Below are positions 22,716-35,411 of a stretch of 64,000 nucleotides of DNA, piece after piece (within the stretch, counting starts at the first letter, position 1; the number at the start of each line of letters is the position of its first letter). The stretch covers positions 64,232,001-64,296,000 of the forward strand of contig OZ024741.1 in the NCBI GenBank assembly GCA_964016885.1. Reading direction: 5' to 3'. This stretch comes from Eledone cirrhosa (taxonomy: Eukaryota). Made by a program: the position numbers and the translations under genes. The notes under the pieces are model-generated. The model searched no databases. It was not told where the DNA came from and was given only the letters and a program-made list of their open reading frames with translations.

Positions 22716-24160
22716 ATAACCCTATGAAAGCCCTTTCCAACTCCACTAGTACCCCTAGAAGAAATAGGCCTAGAAATATCACCTGGCTTAACCCCCCGCC
22801 CTCCTCTCATCTAATTTATCCACTAATATCCCTAAACGCTTCTTCTCTCTCCTATCTAAACATTCCCCCCCCCCCTAATCAGAGATACTACAAACTCTTT
22901 AATAAAAACAACATTAAAATCTCATTCTCCACAACATCTAACCTAGCTAGCCACATCGCATTCAGTAACCATCATAAACTAAGACAGTATAACTCCCACA
23001 CCGCAGTACCACTAACCCCCTCAAATACACCACGCCTCTACACAAATACTTACTCTAGTAGCATACCTCCCCTATCTAATCCTTATAGCACACACCAGCC
23101 GCATAGTTTAAACAACCCTAACCTGACTAACCGCAGCAGTACTTGCAATTGCCGCTAACCTCACGCATGCCCACTAAACGGACAATGCCTTACACCCAAT
23201 ATAGTATATAGGTGCACTGTTAAAACAGCATCACACGCTAGCTCCTATATTGGCTCTACCTCTAACCCTTTTAAGGTACGCTATAATGCGCACTCTTTTT
23301 CCTTCCGTGACCCTAGCAATAGATGTTCAACATCTCTAGCTAGGCTCATTAAAAACCTTAAATTAACCAACACTGAACACTCACTAACATGGGATATCTT
23401 AACTAGAGCCCAAGCGTTCAATGGACGAAGAAACTGTTGTGATCTCTGTGTTACCGAGGCTTATTACATAACACTATCACGACCAGAACCTATAAACGAT
23501 AGAAACGAGATAACTATTAGCTGTCAACATCGAAGGGCAAATTCCTTCGCCAATGCAACATTTGACCCAACATAATCAAATAATCTCAACTTTACATATA
23601 TCTAACATGTTAAATATTTAACAATGACTTGGATACTTATAAGTTACCTCCCCTACACTATCTCTCACTTAAGCTCATTAGCATTTCTTAGATATAAATC
23701 ACCTAAATTTCTAAATTCTCAAGGAGTTAATTCCCTTGAAACCTGTCTCTAATTAGTAAGGTAAATATCCTCAGGCGCCCATACTGTTATGCATAGGCAG
23801 ACATCGCTTAATACAGCCTCGACAGATGAATAATGCTTGCCTATAACAGATATTAAGTAGATCCAAAACACCGTCGTGAAATACCAATATATGGAACATT
23901 ACATTCATGTAACCTTCTTTTTTTACTTACTTTATATTTCTTATTCCATAGTATATTTATAAATATTTTCATTATCCTTTGAAGTTCTGAAGAGCCGCTC
24001 AATTTTTTACCTAAGTTACTTATCTTCATCTGAACCAGATCAATAATGATCTATAATCAATTGATCCAGAAACATTATATGGAGTAGCGAAACAATTGTA
24101 AACAGACATTATTATTATCATTAACATTCCTTACATTAAACTATAATTACACTCCTTATT
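22716..24160 (+). mobile_element. 5'-truncated PLE (C-terminal GIY-YIG, probably Hydra-type); its 3' end resumes at 32290-32393
   Basis: RNITWLNPP, KLFNKNNIKISFS, TCNCR*PHACPLNGQCL, IVYRCTV...YIGST..FKVRYNAH, CDLC.TE, CQHR; final stop at 23573-23575. Hammerhead in the 3' UTR. Confidence 0.85.
23984..24103 (+). ncRNA. Hammerhead ribozyme with long stem-II insertion
   Basis: GTT-CTGAAGA-GCCGCTC-(~80 nt)-GAGTAGC-GAAA-CAATTG-TA-AAC. Palindromic stem III CAATTG; stem II closing helix has two mismatches. Confidence 0.65.
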
Positions 24161-24189
24161 ATTATAATCACACTCCTTATTATTATTCT

Positions 24190-26262
24190 TATTATTATTG
24201 TTCTTTGAGTCTGAGTCATTGATGTTAGTTAACTGGAAAGTTTGTTGAAATGAATATCAAGCCACTACCTGCAGCCTCAGATATTCAGGACGTATCGGAG
24301 GGTTCTTGCTGTTCCCAGCAAGCATGCCTTTTGAAGCGTTCCAAAAAGCGTGGCGGGGCCAATTTTCTTTAACCATCCCTGGAAACTTTTTGAGATAGTA
24401 CCTAGTGCGCCTATGACAATCGGGACCACTTTGACTTCATGGCAGTTCCAAATCCTTTTTACCTCCCACTTAAAGTCCTGGTATCGGTTAATTTTCTCCC
24501 TCTCCTTCTCTTGCACACTCGTGTCGAATGGGCAGGCCACATCCACAATCAGGCACGATCTTTTTTCCTTGTCCAAAACCACCAGGTCAGGTCTATTGTG
24601 TTCCAGTTTCTTGTCCGTCTGTATCCTAAAATCCCACAGCACCTTCACCTGATCGTTTTCTATCACCGACTCTGGCTTATGCTCATACCACTTCTCAGAA
24701 TGTGGTAAATTGTTTACTTTGCATAGGTGCCAGTGGATCACCCTGCCCATCACATCATCTCTCCAGCCATTATAGTGAGTCTGGGCTAGGTGTTTACACT
24801 CGGATACAATGTGAGCCACATTCTCCTCTCTCTCTCCACAGATCCTGCACAGTGGGCTAGCCTCCTCCTTTCAACCACTTCGTTTTGAGGGCCTGCTCTT
24901 GCGCTGCCATTAATATTCCATCTGTAGCCTTTTTAAGGTCTCCTCTTTTCAACCAGTTCCATGTCTGTGGATCTCTGAATTCAGTTTTCTCAAAGAAGGT
25001 ACTATGAAGGGATTTTTCCTGAAGGCTGCTATTTCTCCTTGATGTTATTTCCTCCTTGGACATCCCCTGGGCTATTGTCCCCTCCTTCAGTACAGTTCTG
25101 AGCATTGGCTCCTTACTATCAGTCACGTATTTGTGTAGGTTGTTTTTCTCCATCTGAACACAGTCCTCTATGCTGATAAGACCTCTTCCACCCTCAGATC
25201 TCCTTAGGTAGAGTCTATCGACATCACTCCTCTTGTGGAACATGTTGTAGATAGTCAATAGCTTCCTAGTCTTCCTATCCATTTCTTTTTGTTCAGCAAC
25301 ATTCCATCTCAGAATTCCCGCACTGTACCTAATAATAGACACAGCTCGGGAATTTACTGCGCTTATGGCATTTCTGCTGTTCAGATGTGAATTCAATACG
25401 CTCCTTACTCTCCGAATGTATTCAGTTCTTAACAATTCCTTCATTTTTTTGTTCTTTATGCCATCAGCCTCCAGAACGCCCAAATACTTGTATCCTTCCT
25501 CAGAGTCAATTTCCTTTATCATCTCACCTGTTGGTATCTGGATCCCGTTACTTCTGCTCAACCTACCCCTCTTCATCACAATGACTCCACATTTACCAAT
25601 ACCAAACTGCATACATATATCACTGCTGAAAATACGGACAGTGTCAACAAGCACATCCAACTCCTTCTCACTTTTCCCGAAGAGCTTAAGATCGTCCATG
25701 AAGAGGAGGTGATTGATGGTAAGCTCTCCCCTTCCCAACTTGTATCCTCCTCTCACTTTTCGCAGCATAATGGTCAAGGGCATCAGGGCAAGGACAAACA
25801 ACAGAGGGGACAGGCTATCTCCCTGGAAGATACCTCTCTTGATCTTCACGCTTCCCAAGGATACTCCAGTTGATGTCAACTCTGTCTCCCAGGACCCCAT
25901 ACTCCTGCCCAGCAACTGTCTGATGTTGTCTGCCACCCTGAAGATCTCCAGGCTTTTGGTGATCCAAGAATGAGGCACCATGTCAAATGCCTTTCTGTAG
26001 TCTATCCATCCCATGGCAAGATCAGTGTGTCTCCTCCTGCAATTCCCCATTACCATCTTATCAATAAGTAACTGGTCCTTTGTACCACGTGACTTCTTTC
26101 GGCATCCTTTCTGTTCGTCCGGTAACAAGTTGTTTGTGTGGAGGTGATGGTAGATTTCCTCAGACACAATGCTCGTCAACAGTTTCCACATTACGGACAG
26201 ACATGTGATAGGTCTATAGTTGGTAACATCATTACCCTTGATTCGGTCTTTCATTATCTTTC
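24190..26262 (-). mobile_element. 5'-truncated R4/Dong-clade LINE (RT + CCHC + restriction-like endonuclease) with (TAA)n-type 3' junction
   Basis: [42 protein letters not shown]; after a frameshift near 24857, PLCRICGEREENVAHIVSEC and RPDLVVLDK..CLIVDVACP...KIN.Y (PD-D..K nuclease). Confidence 0.88.
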
Positions 26263-26273
26263 ATTATCAGAAC

Positions 26274-26331
<58 letters not shown>

Positions 26332-26538
26332 GGCGACCTACGTAGGAAATCGTATTATCGTGAGCTCCGCAAAGGTTTGTTATTTCCGTTTGTTAAAAAT
26401 TGCCATTTATGGAAAATTTTATTGTTAACTGTTTATAAGCACACATACATTGTTTTCCGAAAAGGACACCCAAAAAGATTGGGGCCTTGTGCCCAAACTT
26501 TTAACTTTTATTATTATCCAAAAATTTCTTTGAAAAAA

Positions 26539-28530
26539 ATGGCTAATTCCCCTCTGCACGAAGCAGCTGAAAGCCTTCCTCACAAAATAACACCTCACAC
26601 CGACACCACCATTGTAAATGTTACTACGTTTGCCAACACAAAAAAAAATATAAGCAGTAGCAATATTTTAAATTTGTCTCAGGCAGACATTGATTTCCCG
26701 CCATTACCAATGACTGCAGGTGTTAAAGCCTCCACCACCACCACCACCGCGACAACCACCACCCCCACCACCACCGCGACAACAGAAACAAAAGAAGAAA
26801 AAAATAAATTAACTCGTGATGTCGAAATGAAATCAAGCAAAATGGACTCTTCCGCACCAAAGACGAATGACGTCACCACCACCACAACTGAAACAAAAAT
26901 TAAGATTAACACAAATAACGATAGCAACAACAACAACAATGACATTATAAAACCGACCCTCAGTTTCGCCATCGTAGCAAAACAATTCGAAGCGTTCACG
27001 GTAACTCAAGAAGATTTAGAAAATGCCAAACAAATGGTAAAGAAAGATGGGTACAGGGTCAGCCTCACCCCACCTAATAAAATGGAACATCGGCGCCTGT
27101 GCACCGTGTCGTATAGAACAATAAATGTAAAATCGCGCCGAGTGGAACGGGCATCCGAGTCCCAAATCCAAAAAGCTTTGGGACATGTGTGGGCAAGAAA
27201 AACCCACATCAGACGTGGGCAAAAGTATGGAACCGTGGATGTGTTCTTTGAAACACCAGAGGAGGCTAGAGAACACTCCATGGCCCCATTAAAAAGTGAC
27301 GACCTCACACTCGTCCCAAGCTATAGTGGCCAGAGACTCGTAAAGATCAGGGTGACCCACGTTCCACCGGCCATCGAAATTCCCTGGCTAATAGCGGCTG
27401 TCCTCGCCGGCATCGAAGCCAACACGAAAATAATAGCAGTAGCAAAAGAAAAGCAGGAAAACTGGTCCGGATCTGGGATGGAGCTCCTGATCCAAGCGGA
27501 CCAAAAAAGCATTGAGGAGATCCCAGAGGTAATAGACCTCACTGACGGCAGCCACCTCACGGTAATTGTCGAGGGCAGAAGACCTAGGTGTGTCGTTTGT
27601 GGTGAAGGAACCCACCTAAGGGCTTTCTGCCCTCAGGCTAAAAGGTTGAGGCCACCTCTCCTACCCACCCCACTGACACAACCATCAACACCACCAGTAG
27701 CAGAGATGGCAGCAAAAACTGTAGCAGCAACAACAGAAGCAACTATAACAGCAACAACCCCAGCAACAGTAGCAAAACCAACACCACTACCACCACCAGC
27801 AAAACCAACACCACCACCACCCAACGCTTCAGAACTAGCACCAGCGCCTACACCATCCACCACACCACAACCAAAACTAACGGCTGTGGAGGATTTTCCA
27901 CTCCCCGGCCTATCACAACTGGAGACAGATTGTGACGACGAGGAGTGGGAAACGATATCCGGAAAAAAAAAGAAAAACCAAAAAAGAAAAAATTCTCTTC
28001 CTTCTCCCTCCAAAAACAAAACACAGAGGGAAACAAATAAACTAAGAAACAAAAAAGTTAGGACAGATATGCCACCATCCACACCAGCATCACCAACCCC
28101 ATCAACCCAAACACCAACACCATCACCATCATTAACTCCAAAACCACCATCACCTACACCACAAAAGTCACCAAAATGCGAAACAGAAACAAACCCACAA
28201 CAAACGCAAACAAAACAAAACAACCAAAACGATACACACTACACAGCATTAAATTTGAACAACAAGCAATTATTACACTACATCCAACACAACATCAGCA
28301 TCACAGAAAAAGACTACACAACAACCCCAAAATTCACACCACCTCCACACATACAAATCACTCGCATCACACAGAAAACGTACATGACACTAAAACAAAA
28401 ATTCCCCAATGACATCGGAGACTTCCGACAAGCACTCTCCAGGAGGATTTATAAGGACATCCTTCCTGAGGAGGCCACAAGCAGTGAAAAGGATGGAAAA
28501 ACCGTCCTTCCCCTACGAGAAGTAAGGTAA
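26539..28530 (+). CDS. Tx1 family A ORF1, intact (663 aa from ATG)
   Basis: Uninterrupted frame MANSPLH...LPLREVR with a CCHC knuckle and Pro/Thr-rich tracts. Confidence 0.88.
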   Translation: MANSPLHEAAESLPHKITPHTDTTIVNVTTFANTKKNISSSNILNLSQADIDFPPLPMTAGVKASTTTTTATTTTPTTTATTETKEEKNKLTRDVEMKSSKMDSSAPKTNDVTTTTTETKIKINTNNDSNNNNNDIIKPTLSFAIVAKQFEAFTVTQEDLENAKQMVKKDGYRVSLTPPNKMEHRRLCTVSYRTINVKSRRVERASESQIQKALGHVWARKTHIRRGQKYGTVDVFFETPEEAREHSMAPLKSDDLTLVPSYSGQRLVKIRVTHVPPAIEIPWLIAAVLAGIEANTKIIAVAKEKQENWSGSGMELLIQADQKSIEEIPEVIDLTDGSHLTVIVEGRRPRCVVCGEGTHLRAFCPQAKRLRPPLLPTPLTQPSTPPVAEMAAKTVAATTEATITATTPATVAKPTPLPPPAKPTPPPPNASELAPAPTPSTTPQPKLTAVEDFPLPGLSQLETDCDDEEWETISGKKKKNQKRKNSLPSPSKNKTQRETNKLRNKKVRTDMPPSTPASPTPSTQTPTPSPSLTPKPPSPTPQKSPKCETETNPQQTQTKQNNQNDTHYTALNLNNKQLLHYIQHNISITEKDYTTTPKFTPPPHIQITRITQKTYMTLKQKFPNDIGDFRQALSRRIYKDILPEEATSSEKDGKTVLPLREVR

Positions 28531-28564
28531 GTGGTCTTTCCCATCTTTTCCACTCCTTTTCAAC

Positions 28565-31500
28565 ATGACCTCACTCAGAATAGGCAGCATAAATGCGCGT
28601 GGCTTGGGGTCGTCATGGAAGCAGGGCCACCTGCTCAACGACCTCAGGTCACTAAACATAGATGTAGTGGCCATCAGCGAGACCAGAATCTCCGAAGCAC
28701 AGGCTTTCGCACCGATCTTCGGCGGCTACGATGTGTACGCATCTCCCAGCCGTCCGGGATCGGGGGGAGGAGTTGCTGTGCTTTTTCGGAGAGGTTTGGA
28801 TCTTGCCATACGGGCCATCTTCCTGGACCCAGAAGGTAAGTTGGTGGTGCTGGACGTGACCAGCGGAGACGGGCAAGCTTTCAGGTTAGTGGCCGTCTAT
28901 GCCCCGACAGGAGCAGGGCGGCCTGATTTCTTCCGGCGTCTGGAGACCTTTCTTGGAACGTCCCGCTCTTTAGTGTTAGTGGGCGACTGGAACGGGATCT
29001 TAGATGCACGCTGGGATTGTGTGGGATTAGTGGATAGAGAAGGAGGGTGCAAGAGTCTCACCAACCTGCTCAGACGTTTTGAACTGTCTGACAGGTACCG
29101 AATGGATTTCCCGAATGTACCAATGTGGACTTGGACAAATCGCATAGGGTCATCCAGATCATATCTAGATAGAGTATTTTGTAGGGAAATAGATAGGTCT
29201 AGCATAGGCTGTCCACAATTCAAGATAGTCAGCTACACGGACCACAAATTCGTGATCTGTGCGCTTGACTTAGATAGGCTTCATAGACAAGGACCCGGCT
29301 ACTGGAAGCTAAACGCGTCCTTACCAGCGCGCAAGGCCTACAGAGACCGGATTAGCGAACTAGTTAAGCGGGCGTTGACGGGGGCCATCGTCAACAACAA
29401 GTGGTGGTTTGCTCTGAAAAGAGCAATTAGAATAGAGTCCATTAGGTTTAGTAAGACTTTAGCAATAGAGAAAAATAGAGCAGAGGGAGAATTAGTTAGA
29501 AAATTAGATGAGGCGCTTAGCAAAGGCATCGCGACCGACGTACTTGCGGCGAAATTGGCCCTTGACCAATTCTTCAATGCAAAGCACGAAGGCTGCGTTG
29601 TCAGAGCTAGGGTGCGTGCTCTCAGACACGAGGGGACGAAAGCCGTTTAATGGGCCCGAGTGGCGGAGGCGCGTCGTGGCAACAAAGCCACGATCCGGTC
29701 TTTGGTGGACCACGACGGGTGCATGCTACTCGATCCCGGGCAAATGTGTGAAGCTTTTCAGCGACACTTCGCTCAACTGTTCGGGGGCAGTGGCGGGCCG
29801 GATCGAGGGATGGACTTTAGTGTCTACCTCGACGGACTGCCGCGGCTTTCGGCCACTGAGGCGGAGTGTTGCGAAAAGCCGATAACAACCGCTGAAGTAC
29901 GGGATGCAATGACTAGTTGCACAAGGGGTAAATCGCCTGGTTTGGATGGTCTGCCCTATGAACTTTACGTACAAATGCCAAACTTGTTCGGAGGCCTCTT
30001 GGCGGACGTCTACTGCAACTGGCAACAGAACGGGAGAATTCCCAGCTCTGTGAGCCGAGGAGCGGTGGCGCTGCTGAGAAAGGATCCGAACAAGGGGTAT
30101 AACATAGATAATTTTAGGCCCATAAATCTGCTAAACACAGAGTTCAAGATTTTGGCCAAGGTGCTAGCAAAGAGGTTGGCGCTTGTCGTTGGTGGTCTGG
30201 TGGGAGAGGCACAGACATGCGCCATTCCCGACAGATCCATCCACGACAACCTCCACCTCATGCGATACATCGTAGAGAGGGTAGCTAGGGAACCTGGCAC
30301 GGGTGGGTCTTTGATCAATTTAGATCAGTCGAAAGCCTTCGATAGGGTCGACCATCGTTACCTAGCGGCAGTCCTGAGGGCGGCTGGCTTTGGGCCCGTC
30401 TTCAGAGGCTGGATCGCTGCCATGCACAGCGACATCTGCTCTGTAGTGAGAGTGAACGGTCACCTTTCGGAACCGTTCAACATCATGCGCTCGGTCCGCC
30501 AAGGATGTCCCCTCTCGTCCCTATTGTACGTATTGACTCTCGAGCCATTACTGCACAAACTGGAGACGTTGAGGGGGGTCCCGCGCGAACTAGGATGCGG
30601 GAGATCCGTGTCAGCATATGCCGACGATGTCACCGTAGTGGTGTCGAACGCCAAACACATCGAGGCGATCGGCACTACACTAAGAGAATACGAAGCGGTG
30701 ACAGGAGCAATGATCAACCAGGAAAAGTCAGTGGGCCTGCAGCTCGGCACCTGGAGAGGCAGGTCCATGCCGTCCAACAGCGTCGTCGGGCGCTGGACGG
30801 ACGGACCGGTTAAATTGCTAGGGGTCTGGTTCGGTCCAGACCTCCAGACGGACAAAAACTGGGACGAGGTGACGAGCAGGGTGGCTTCTCTCACCCAGAA
30901 ATGGGCCGAGAGGAAGCTATCCCTAAAAGGTCGAGCGGAGGTGGCGAATGCGTACATCGCATCCGTCATCTACTACCGCCTGACCGTCGTACCTTGTCCT
31001 AAGCCCCGCCTGACTGCGCTGGAGCGTTTGCTCTTTCGCTTCTTGTGGAAGGGACGCGCTCCGATGGTCAGGCGGTCCATCTGCTGTCAACACCCGCTAC
31101 GTGGAGGGCTGGGCATGCCGTGGCTGATGATGCGCAGACACGCGCTCAGGCTACGACATCTCCACCTCTTCCTCGACGGTGATCAGGTGTGGTCGCCGTT
31201 TGCAAGACACGTTTTTCCCCAGCTCGTCTCCTTGACGGAGCTGCAGTCCTGGGTCAAGCGAAGACCGAGAGGGAGCGCTTGGAGACTGGAATGTCTTCAG
31301 GCGCTCACAGCCCTCGACCAATCGGGCAATGTGATCGGTGGAAACTCCACCTTGGCGTTCTATAGGGGATTAGTGGAGGGGAAGAGCGACTACGTACTTG
31401 GAGAAACTCTAGGCGTCGACGAAAATCAACTAGCCAATCTCTTCGGAAGGACTTTCGGGCCGGGGCCTATGGACAACTTCCAGAAATCCCTGGCCTGGCA

Positions 31501-31984
31501 GTGCTACCGAGGAGCTTTGCCAGTTCGGGATAAACTCTACAGGCATGGAGGTGCCGTCAGCCGGGCATGTCCGAGATGCGCGCAGGGCGACGAAACCGTC
31601 CTGCACGCACTCGTCCAGTGTCCGAGCATTGCTGACTTGTGGGTTTATGTCGAACACCTGCTGTCACGTGTAGGACGGATCCAGCTATCAGCTGAGTCCA
31701 TCGTGAGGATTGCCCCACCCCCTTCCTTTAGCCTGGAAGGGCAGGCAGTTTTTATCTGTCTGGTGGCCATGGCGAAAGAGATAGTATGGTGGACACGTTT
31801 GAAAGGGCTGAAGACGAGCACTTACCTCTTCGGTGATGCCCTGATTAACTTTTTCAAATTTCATTTGAAAAGGAAAATCAGGGTAGAGAGGGAAGTGCTC
31901 TCTTCCCAGCATTTTGTTGAAAGATGGGTGAGAGAAGCAAGTATGGCCCGAATGAATGGGCCTTCTCTGAGTATGTGTCTGTAA
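28565..31984 (+). pseudogene. Tx1 family A ORF2 with one premature stop; YADD intact
   Basis: CAA (copy 1) has become TAA at 29648-29650; the frame then continues to 31984. YADD at 30617-30628; EN TDH motif. Confidence 0.92.
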
Positions 31985-32226
31985 ATTAAAGGTGGAAAAC
32001 TGGGAGAGGGCACTTGCCCTGGTGGTCAGGGCCACTGTGGTCTTTTAATGGGCTTTCTCCACAAATGTCCCTTGGAAGTCTCCTCCCTATTGAGGAATTT
32101 TTCTTTGTTATTTTATTTCAACCTCTGTTTTTTTACACGCAGAAATGCCCATTTGTACCGTCCTGTATTGTCCTGTACTGTCCTTAATGTCTACTTTATG
32201 TGAACCCTTGTGGTTAATAAAGAAAA

Positions 32227-32289
<63 letters not shown>

Positions 32290-32390
32290 CATTCCTTACA
32301 TTAAATTATAATTACACTCCTTATTCCTCACATATACTGAAACTATACGTCTTCCTTGTGAAATTTGTGGTCTTGTCCTTGCTTAACTAA

Positions 32391-32435
<45 letters not shown>

Positions 32436-32532
32436 TAAGATGACAGATAAAAGTTCTTAAATAATTTAATCTTTACAATTGTCTCGATACAGTTTTCTTT
32501 AAACGTGCAAGTAGGCAAAAATGTAATCCATA

Positions 32533-32995
32533 CTAATAATTGTTTCTACTTTTGGCACAAGGCCAGCAATTACACAGTACATTACTGGTACTTTATTTTA
32601 TCGATCCCCGTAAGGGTGAAATAATGTACTAGTAATGTACTGGGTAATCCATACTAATAATTGTTTCTACTTTAGGCACAAGGCCAGCAATTACCCAGTG
32701 CATTACTGGTACTTTATTTTATCGACCCTGTAAGGATGAAAGACTAATGATAATTGCTTCTAATTTTTGGCACAAGGCCACCAATCATCTCAGTGGTACT
32801 TTATTTTATCGACCCCGTAAGGATGAAAGGCAAAGTTAACCTCGGCGGGATTTGTAATGATAATAATTGATAATAATGGTTTCTGATTTAGGCACACGGC
32901 CAGCAATTTTGGAGGGAAGGGAAAGACGATTAAATCGATCCCATTGCATTACTGGTACTTTATTTTATCGACCCCGTAAGGATGAAAGGCAAAGC
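32533..32995 (-). mobile_element. Tandem array of four truncated S1 SINE 3' portions
   Basis: Repeated TTGTTTCTAC/TTT(A/G)GGCACAAGGCC...TACTTTATTTTATCGACCCCGTAAGG units. Confidence 0.8.
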
Positions 32996-33022
32996 TATAT
33001 ATATTTAATCTTTTTGGATATA

Positions 33023-33097
<75 letters not shown>

Positions 33098-33328
33098 TAG
33101 ATATATACACACATATATCCAAAAGGATTAATCATTTTTTAAAAGGTAATATTTGAAGCTCTAGTTAAACTTTAATTAGTTACCTACATAACTATGTGTA
33201 ATTTCACACTTTACAAATTATCCCCTGTGATCGTTTCATGTGTTTCCTTTGGATATATATATATGTCAATCAATTTCTAGTATATACACATATATATATA
33301 TATGTATGTATATATATATATATATATA

Positions 33329-33434
33329 TAATACAAATAGTGAAAACAATGAAATTAAACAAAATACGGGTAATTCATAGTACTATGAATTACCCGCATT
33401 TTTTTTAATTTCATTGTTTTCACTATTTGTATTA
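33329..33434. repeat. Loopless palindrome embedded in (TA)n
   Basis: TAATACAAATAGTGAAAACAATGAAATTAA...CATAGT|ACTATG...TTAATTTCATTGTTTTCACTATTTGTATTA, centred at 33381/33382. Confidence 0.85.
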
Positions 33435-33565
33435 TTTTGACTCAGCTTCCAATGAATTATATCGTTGAAATTTTGTATTTTAAACTTTGCTTCACGACAT
33501 CTTCTACATACGGATTACATTGAGTTCTTCATACGGCTTGGACCCTACCATTTGGTGGATTTATC

Positions 33566-33629
<64 letters not shown>

Positions 33630-33631
33630 AG

Positions 33632-33690
<59 letters not shown>

Positions 33691-34908
33691 AACAAATAAC
33701 GAAACGAAATTAAATTTCGTTTCGCTTCTAACTCACTTTTGTATGACTGACGCTTAAACTTTAACTTAATATATATATATGTATGTATGTATATATATAT
33801 ATATGTGTGTGTACGCGCGCGTCGATATCTCTTCCCTGTTTCTGGGCAGAAATGCGGCACCATCGCCTCGGAGTATAACACATTTTTTTCTCTTCCTCCC
33901 TATTAATGTCTTTCTGATGAAGTGTAATTATTAAAACGTAATGTATACGATTAAGCATTGGACTATGCAGTCAACGCATGTAGACAGATACGTAATTGTA
34001 CAGAAAAATATGTTAAAGATTGAAGTCACAATAGATTTCTCCATCTGACCACTTCATCCTGCCTAGTTTTCCCTTTTTTTCTTTGTACCATACTAATACT
34101 TATGAACACTCCGTGATCTCTTTAGAAATTATACTATAACCTAGATACCTATGATATGCAACAAGGAACACGTCGAGAAAAAAATATTTGGTAAACAGTC
34201 CTCCATATTTATTTTGTTTGCGCATTCACCTCATACATATTTGATTTGATCTTCACAAACGAAATTTAATTTAATTTATCTTCTCGTATATATCAATTAT
34301 TCTCCTAGATTCATGTTTACGATCGATAACGGTTTAGTTATTTTTTTGTTTACAAGCACTAGTGGAGAGCTTTTGTCTTGAGGTTGTAAGAATTCCTTTG
34401 TTCTTACACCCCGAAAATAACCGCCAAATCTTCAGCCAATCTAACCTTCCTCTTTTGAGAATGGTCACGTGACGACACAGGCTAAATTACTACTATAGGT
34501 ATAATGCCTCTGTCGTCAGACCAAAATTTAGATAAGAAGGAGCAAAACCTGCCGATGAAGGGCAATGCAGTTCCATCGTGGAAGTACACACATGTATTGC
34601 ATGTATATTATACAACTTTTTATGTAACATCAAGGTTCCCAGAAACCTGTCTGAGATTTTTATCGATTATATCGATTCTAATCAACACGATACGGTCCAG
34701 GTTAGTTTTCAACCTTTCTGTATTTATCATTGTTGTGGTATATGTATGGCTACTGCCTTCAGTCGTTTTTCTTGGGGTAACACTTTTTAACTTTTGTGTT
34801 TATTCTGGACAATAATGTATTAACTTATCGCTCCATTGAGCGATTTGTGATTGCCTCAAAAAACTAGACTAGTACCTGCTGTACGGCAGCTGCAACTTTG
34901 ATTTATAC

Positions 34909-35002
<94 letters not shown>

Positions 35003-35101
35003 TGTGCGTGTGTGTGTGTGTTTGTATGTATAAATCTACATGCATACGTGTGTTTATGCGTATTTGATATAACCATATAGTTACTACCTACTTGTGTAGA
35101 C

Positions 35102-35143
<42 letters not shown>

Positions 35144-35364
35144 CTGAAAGAACACGCCTGCTTTTTTGTCGCAATTTTTTTTTTTTTTTTTCGCACTTTC
35201 CTCTTTTTACTTCTGTCTTTCCATTTCATACTTTTTTGTCATTCTATCTTTTGATAATGGACTAGTGTCTAAAATGTAAAGATTTCTTTTCCTACACTAT
35301 CAATATATTTCTTCACTCTACTATGTTGTTTGCTTTGTTGTTTCCGTTTGTTTTTGCCTTAACA

Positions 35365-35411
<47 letters not shown>

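Larger units (their letters stand above)
26332..32227 (+). mobile_element. Full-length L1/Tx1-clade LINE, family A, copy 2, inserted in (ATT)n
   Basis: Same 5' GGCGACCTACG and 3' AATAAAGAAAAC ends as copy 1; (TTA)n at 26274-26331 and 32228-32289. Confidence 0.95.

Noticed and set aside
23156-23158. In-frame stop in the PLE Cys-rich linker as possible recoding (selenocysteine as in some Naiads)
   Set aside because: The codon is TAA, not TGA, and is not at a Cys position; likely decay.
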